Below are positions 33,209-35,526 of a stretch of 35,526 bases of DNA, one piece after another. Origin of the DNA: Patescibacteria group bacterium (lineage in GTDB: Bacteria > Bacteroidota > Ignavibacteria > Kapaibacteriales > Kapaibacteriaceae); the NCBI GenBank assembly GCA_044238605.1, contig JBIICY010000013.1:1-35526 (forward strand), read 5' to 3'. Each line of letters begins with the position of its first letter. Position 1 is the first letter of the stretch. The translations under genes and the position numbers were made by a program. The notes under the pieces were generated by a model, which was not told where the DNA came from, made no database searches, and was given only the letters and a program-made list of their open reading frames with translations.

Positions 33209-34678
33209 ATGAACCAGCACATCATTCATCTCGTCAGCACGATTATCATTTGCGTGTCTTTCGGACTCGCTGCTAGCTGCTCGCTGTTCGCTGCTCCGTC
33301 TGCGGGACTCGCTGCTCGCTGTTCGCTGTTCGCTGCTCCGTCTGCGGGACTCGCTACTCGCTGCTCGCTGTTCGCTGCTCCGTCTCCGGGACTCGCTGCT
33401 CGCTGTTCGCTGCTCGCTGCTTCTTCTGATGATTCCGAGCTCCGCAAGATCATCAAGGATCGGTCTCTCAAGCAGCTTACGCCTGATGCGCTGAATAACA
33501 TCAACGAGGATAACCTCAAGCAGAATCTTGATCGGTACTCAACGGTGTATGATCAGGCAGTTGGCAGGTATCGTAGGGCGGAGATCGATGGGAACGAGCC
33601 ATTTGGCATGGACGCCGACAAGTACCCAATGTACTATCCCGTTACGATCTCGGAGATCTTGGTTAGCGGCACGGCGTACATCGATGGCCTTGCCGTGGGT
33701 GATGAGATCATCGCGGTTAATGGCGATGCTGTAACGAGCTCATGGGACATGTTCGAGCATCAGGCTATGAACACAGAGCGTAAGCTGGACGTCACGATCA
33801 AGCGGGCAAAGGTGGAGTATACGGTAACGCTCTATCCGCGCGGACGCCGCTTCCGCAGCGTTGTGGGGATGATGAGCAACGGCATTGGCTACGTCAACGT
33901 GGGTGGCTTTACATCTGGCAGTGCGGAGGCAATGCGCACGCTGTTTACAGCATTCAAAGAGCAGGGGGCTACGCGCTACATTATTGATCTACGTGGCACA
34001 CCTGGCGGACGCATGGACGAGTGTCTGGAGATGCTCGAATTGTTTTCGCACAAGGGAGATACACTCGTCATCATCGACAATGCAGCTGGCGAGGAGCGGG
34101 TCTTTCTCTCGCATACTACAGGCCCCTTCTATGGAGAAAGCGTTGATATTCTTGTAGACAACAAGAGCGTCTCTGCAAGCGAGATGTTTGCCCTGGTTGC
34201 TCAGGACAACTCCTTTGGACGCATCATCGGCACAGTCACAGAGGGTAAGGGGCGCTACAACATTATGGAAGAACTCTCGGACGGACGCGTAGTGCAGCTT
34301 ACAACTGAGCGCTACTACTCACGCAAGCATCGGTCTATCGACTATGAATACGGCTCGGACGGCGTGCGGCCAGATGCCGAACATAGGTGGACATCACGCC
34401 GATACCTCTGGATCCAGCGTCAGGGCAACGCTCTTGGCATACCACCTAGAGACATGCGCGCACTTCGGACGGTCTACCCCGAGCCCAACGCCGCCGCACT
34501 TGACTCACTGCTTGGCGTCTATCGCATAGACTCCACACCAGACAACCGCAACTACTACGCAGTTGTGGTATGGGGCAGACTCGGCATGGCTGTAGAAGCA
34601 TTCAACTACTATGCCGCAAAGACAGAACAACCAGTACCTCCTTCACCGTCACGGTCAAGAAAGGGCAGGCGATTGTAA
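33209..34678 (+). CDS. S41-family peptidase with N-terminal 3x 14-aa peptide repeat encoded by the AGCGAGY/GCTCGCT satellite
   Basis: Signal peptide MNQHIIHLVSTIIICVSFGLAA. Residues ~22-70 read CSLFAAPSAGLAARCSLFAAPSAGLATRCSLFAAPSPGLAARCSLLAASS, encoded by gctcgctgttcgctgctccgtctgcgggactcgct x3. S41 blocks YIIDLRGTPGGRMDECLEMLELF and NKSVSASEMFALV. Confidence 0.7.
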   Translation: MNQHIIHLVSTIIICVSFGLAASCSLFAAPSAGLAARCSLFAAPSAGLATRCSLFAAPSPGLAARCSLLAASSDDSELRKIIKDRSLKQLTPDALNNINEDNLKQNLDRYSTVYDQAVGRYRRAEIDGNEPFGMDADKYPMYYPVTISEILVSGTAYIDGLAVGDEIIAVNGDAVTSSWDMFEHQAMNTERKLDVTIKRAKVEYTVTLYPRGRRFRSVVGMMSNGIGYVNVGGFTSGSAEAMRTLFTAFKEQGATRYIIDLRGTPGGRMDECLEMLELFSHKGDTLVIIDNAAGEERVFLSHTTGPFYGESVDILVDNKSVSASEMFALVAQDNSFGRIIGTVTEGKGRYNIMEELSDGRVVQLTTERYYSRKHRSIDYEYGSDGVRPDAEHRWTSRRYLWIQRQGNALGIPPRDMRALRTVYPEPNAAALDSLLGVYRIDSTPDNRNYYAVVVWGRLGMAVEAFNYYAAKTEQPVPPSPSRSRKGRRL

Positions 34679-34681
34679 GCA

Positions 34682-34900
34682 CAGCTTCCTCGGCACTACG
34701 TGCCTCGGAAAGAAATCCTCCCGCATCAGTTTCCTCGGCACTTCGTGCCTCGGAAAGACGCCCACACGTTGTTTTTTTGTTGGGCGCAGCGCACCTTCGG
34801 TGCGCAGCGCCATGTAGTTATCTCCTGCAGCGGCGTCATTCCGAGCGAAGCGAGGAACCCTGAGCGTCATTCCGAGCGCAGTCTGGAATCTGGCGTCACC
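34682..34900 (+). repeat. solo copy of the TIR-bounded palindromic element with duplicated left and right ends
   Basis: Two left ends (cttcctcggcactacgtgcctcggaaag / tttcctcggcacttcgtgcctcggaaagacgccc). Central stem GGCGCAGCGCACC-ttc-GGTGCGCAGCGCC, 12 of 13 bp with a covarying A-T pair. Two right ends (ggcgtcattccgagcgaagcgaggaacc / gagcgtcattccgagcgcagtctggaatc). Confidence 0.85.
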
Positions 34901-34994
34901 TCAGCATGAGAGGCTGGACTGTGATACGTGACACCATACGTCGTCTATCGCCTGATATTTACGTGGTCAGTCACAATTAACATTCGAGGTAGCT

Positions 34995-35222
34995 ATGAGT
35001 ACTATGTGGATGGTAACTATACTGTTGTTGTCATTGTTTGTTCAGTTTCAAATCGGTCGCGCCTCAAGCGGTGACGAAAAGTCAGGAAAGAAGAAGACGG
35101 TAGTAACTCCGAAGGATACGACTAATCCAGACCTATGGATCGAGCGTAACATCGATGACATGGAAGACGACACAACATACTCGTCACGGATATTGTCAGA
35201 GTTGACGAAACAAACTATTTGA
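34995..35222 (+). CDS. small secreted hypothetical protein in AT-rich segment
   Basis: MSTMWMVTILLLSLFVQFQIGRASSGDEKSGKKKTVVTPKDTTNPDLWIERNIDDMEDD... It has an N-terminal hydrophobic signal-like segment, low GC and no family match. Coding status is uncertain. Confidence 0.3.
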   Translation: MSTMWMVTILLLSLFVQFQIGRASSGDEKSGKKKTVVTPKDTTNPDLWIERNIDDMEDDTTYSSRILSELTKQTI

Positions 35223-35399
35223 TTTGTATATATAAATGGTTTTATTAAGTCAACCACTTTTTATTTGGTTCTGGGATACTTTTGCCAGGAGGAAACTCGG
35301 ATTTATTCATGTGCAATTTTTCACCAGATGTTAAACGATATGTTGTTGATTTTTTAACATAATCAGATGCTCGTGATTTTATGATATCTAGATAATCAG

Positions 35400-35526
35400 T
35401 GATCTTCCCCCCATTTAGTTGACAGTAAGTCGATCTCTAATCACATATTTGGATTGGAGGAAACGATGGGAAATGACAACAGGGGTCGTCGCTATGACGA
35501 CGAGTTCAGAGCAGCGGCAGTTGCGC
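35400..35526 (+). mobile_element. left end of an IS3-family insertion sequence (IRL plus start of transposase OrfA), continues beyond window
   Basis: TGATCTTCCCCC at 35400 resembles IS3-group left inverted repeats (TGATCTTACCC...). A strong RBS ttGGAGGaaacgATG sits at 35465. The ORF MGNDNRGRRYDDEFRAAAVA matches the conserved IS3 OrfA N-terminus (..RRrYs.EFK.eAV) from memory. Confidence 0.5.

Noticed and set aside
1-35526. Searched by eye for tRNA/rRNA/tmRNA hallmarks (T-loop GGTTCGAATCC-like boxes, 16S/23S-like conserved stretches) and for reverse transcriptase, Cas, restriction or Argonaute-like motifs in the long ORFs
   Set aside because: None found. The only GTTCGAA-like hits are inside dnaE. 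No ORF shows RT YxDD, Cas HD/RuvC or PD-(D/E)xK patterns that I could recognise.

Overview
This is a 35.5-kb GC-rich bacterial window. By eye GC is in the high 50s %, with AT-rich islands at 7300-7620, 13064-13567 and 35000-35460. Three proteins end in type IX secretion C-terminal domains and the satellite repeats match between loci, so the source is probably a Bacteroidota/FCB-group genome. I did not assign a species.

Housekeeping genes run through the whole window. Between 2 and 7.3 kb I call an HDAC-like N-terminus, a TraB/GumN protein, secG, an acyl-CoA carboxylase carboxyltransferase and a YdiJ-like FAD/Fe-S oxidoreductase. Further on there is a flotillin, a GT2 glycosyltransferase, a MATE exporter, an ECF sigma/anti-sigma/periplasmic trio, nupC and dnaE. 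The last 10 kb holds an APC permease coupled to a T9SS-secreted HEXXH peptidase, a T9SS beta-helix protein and two S41 peptidases.

These are interleaved with three less ordinary things:
- A small addiction-module islet at 11.1-14.3 kb. It has two back-to-back toxin-first type II TA pairs, a zeta-toxin fragment, paralogous ~100-aa orphan proteins and an AT-rich DUF1810 insertion.
- A ~155-bp direct repeat pair that brackets a flotillin / MthK-like channel / TA segment.
- An unusually high density of short structured repeats of several kinds, listed below.

The repeat families:
- **GC-hairpin elements:** 140-180 bp palindromic elements with TIR-like ends, present as a 4x tandem array plus two solo copies. 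Their central 12-13-bp stem carries compensatory substitutions between copies.
- **Stop-embedded hairpins:** REP-like hairpins whose sequence includes the preceding TAG stop codon.
- **AGCGAGY heptamers:** a satellite that starts exactly at stop codons. At one locus it forms a perfect palindrome between convergent genes. At another it runs in-frame into an S41 peptidase ORF.
- **Leader satellites:** 7- and 14-mers (GTCCCTA/GGGACAA, CAGTAAC) that directly abut the start codons of dnaE, an S41 peptidase and the HDAC-like gene.

An IS3-family element begins at the 3' window edge.

I found no CRISPR array, tRNA or rRNA and no recognisable RT, Cas or restriction enzyme. The most novel content is the structured repeat system and the degenerate TA islet, not a canonical defence operon.
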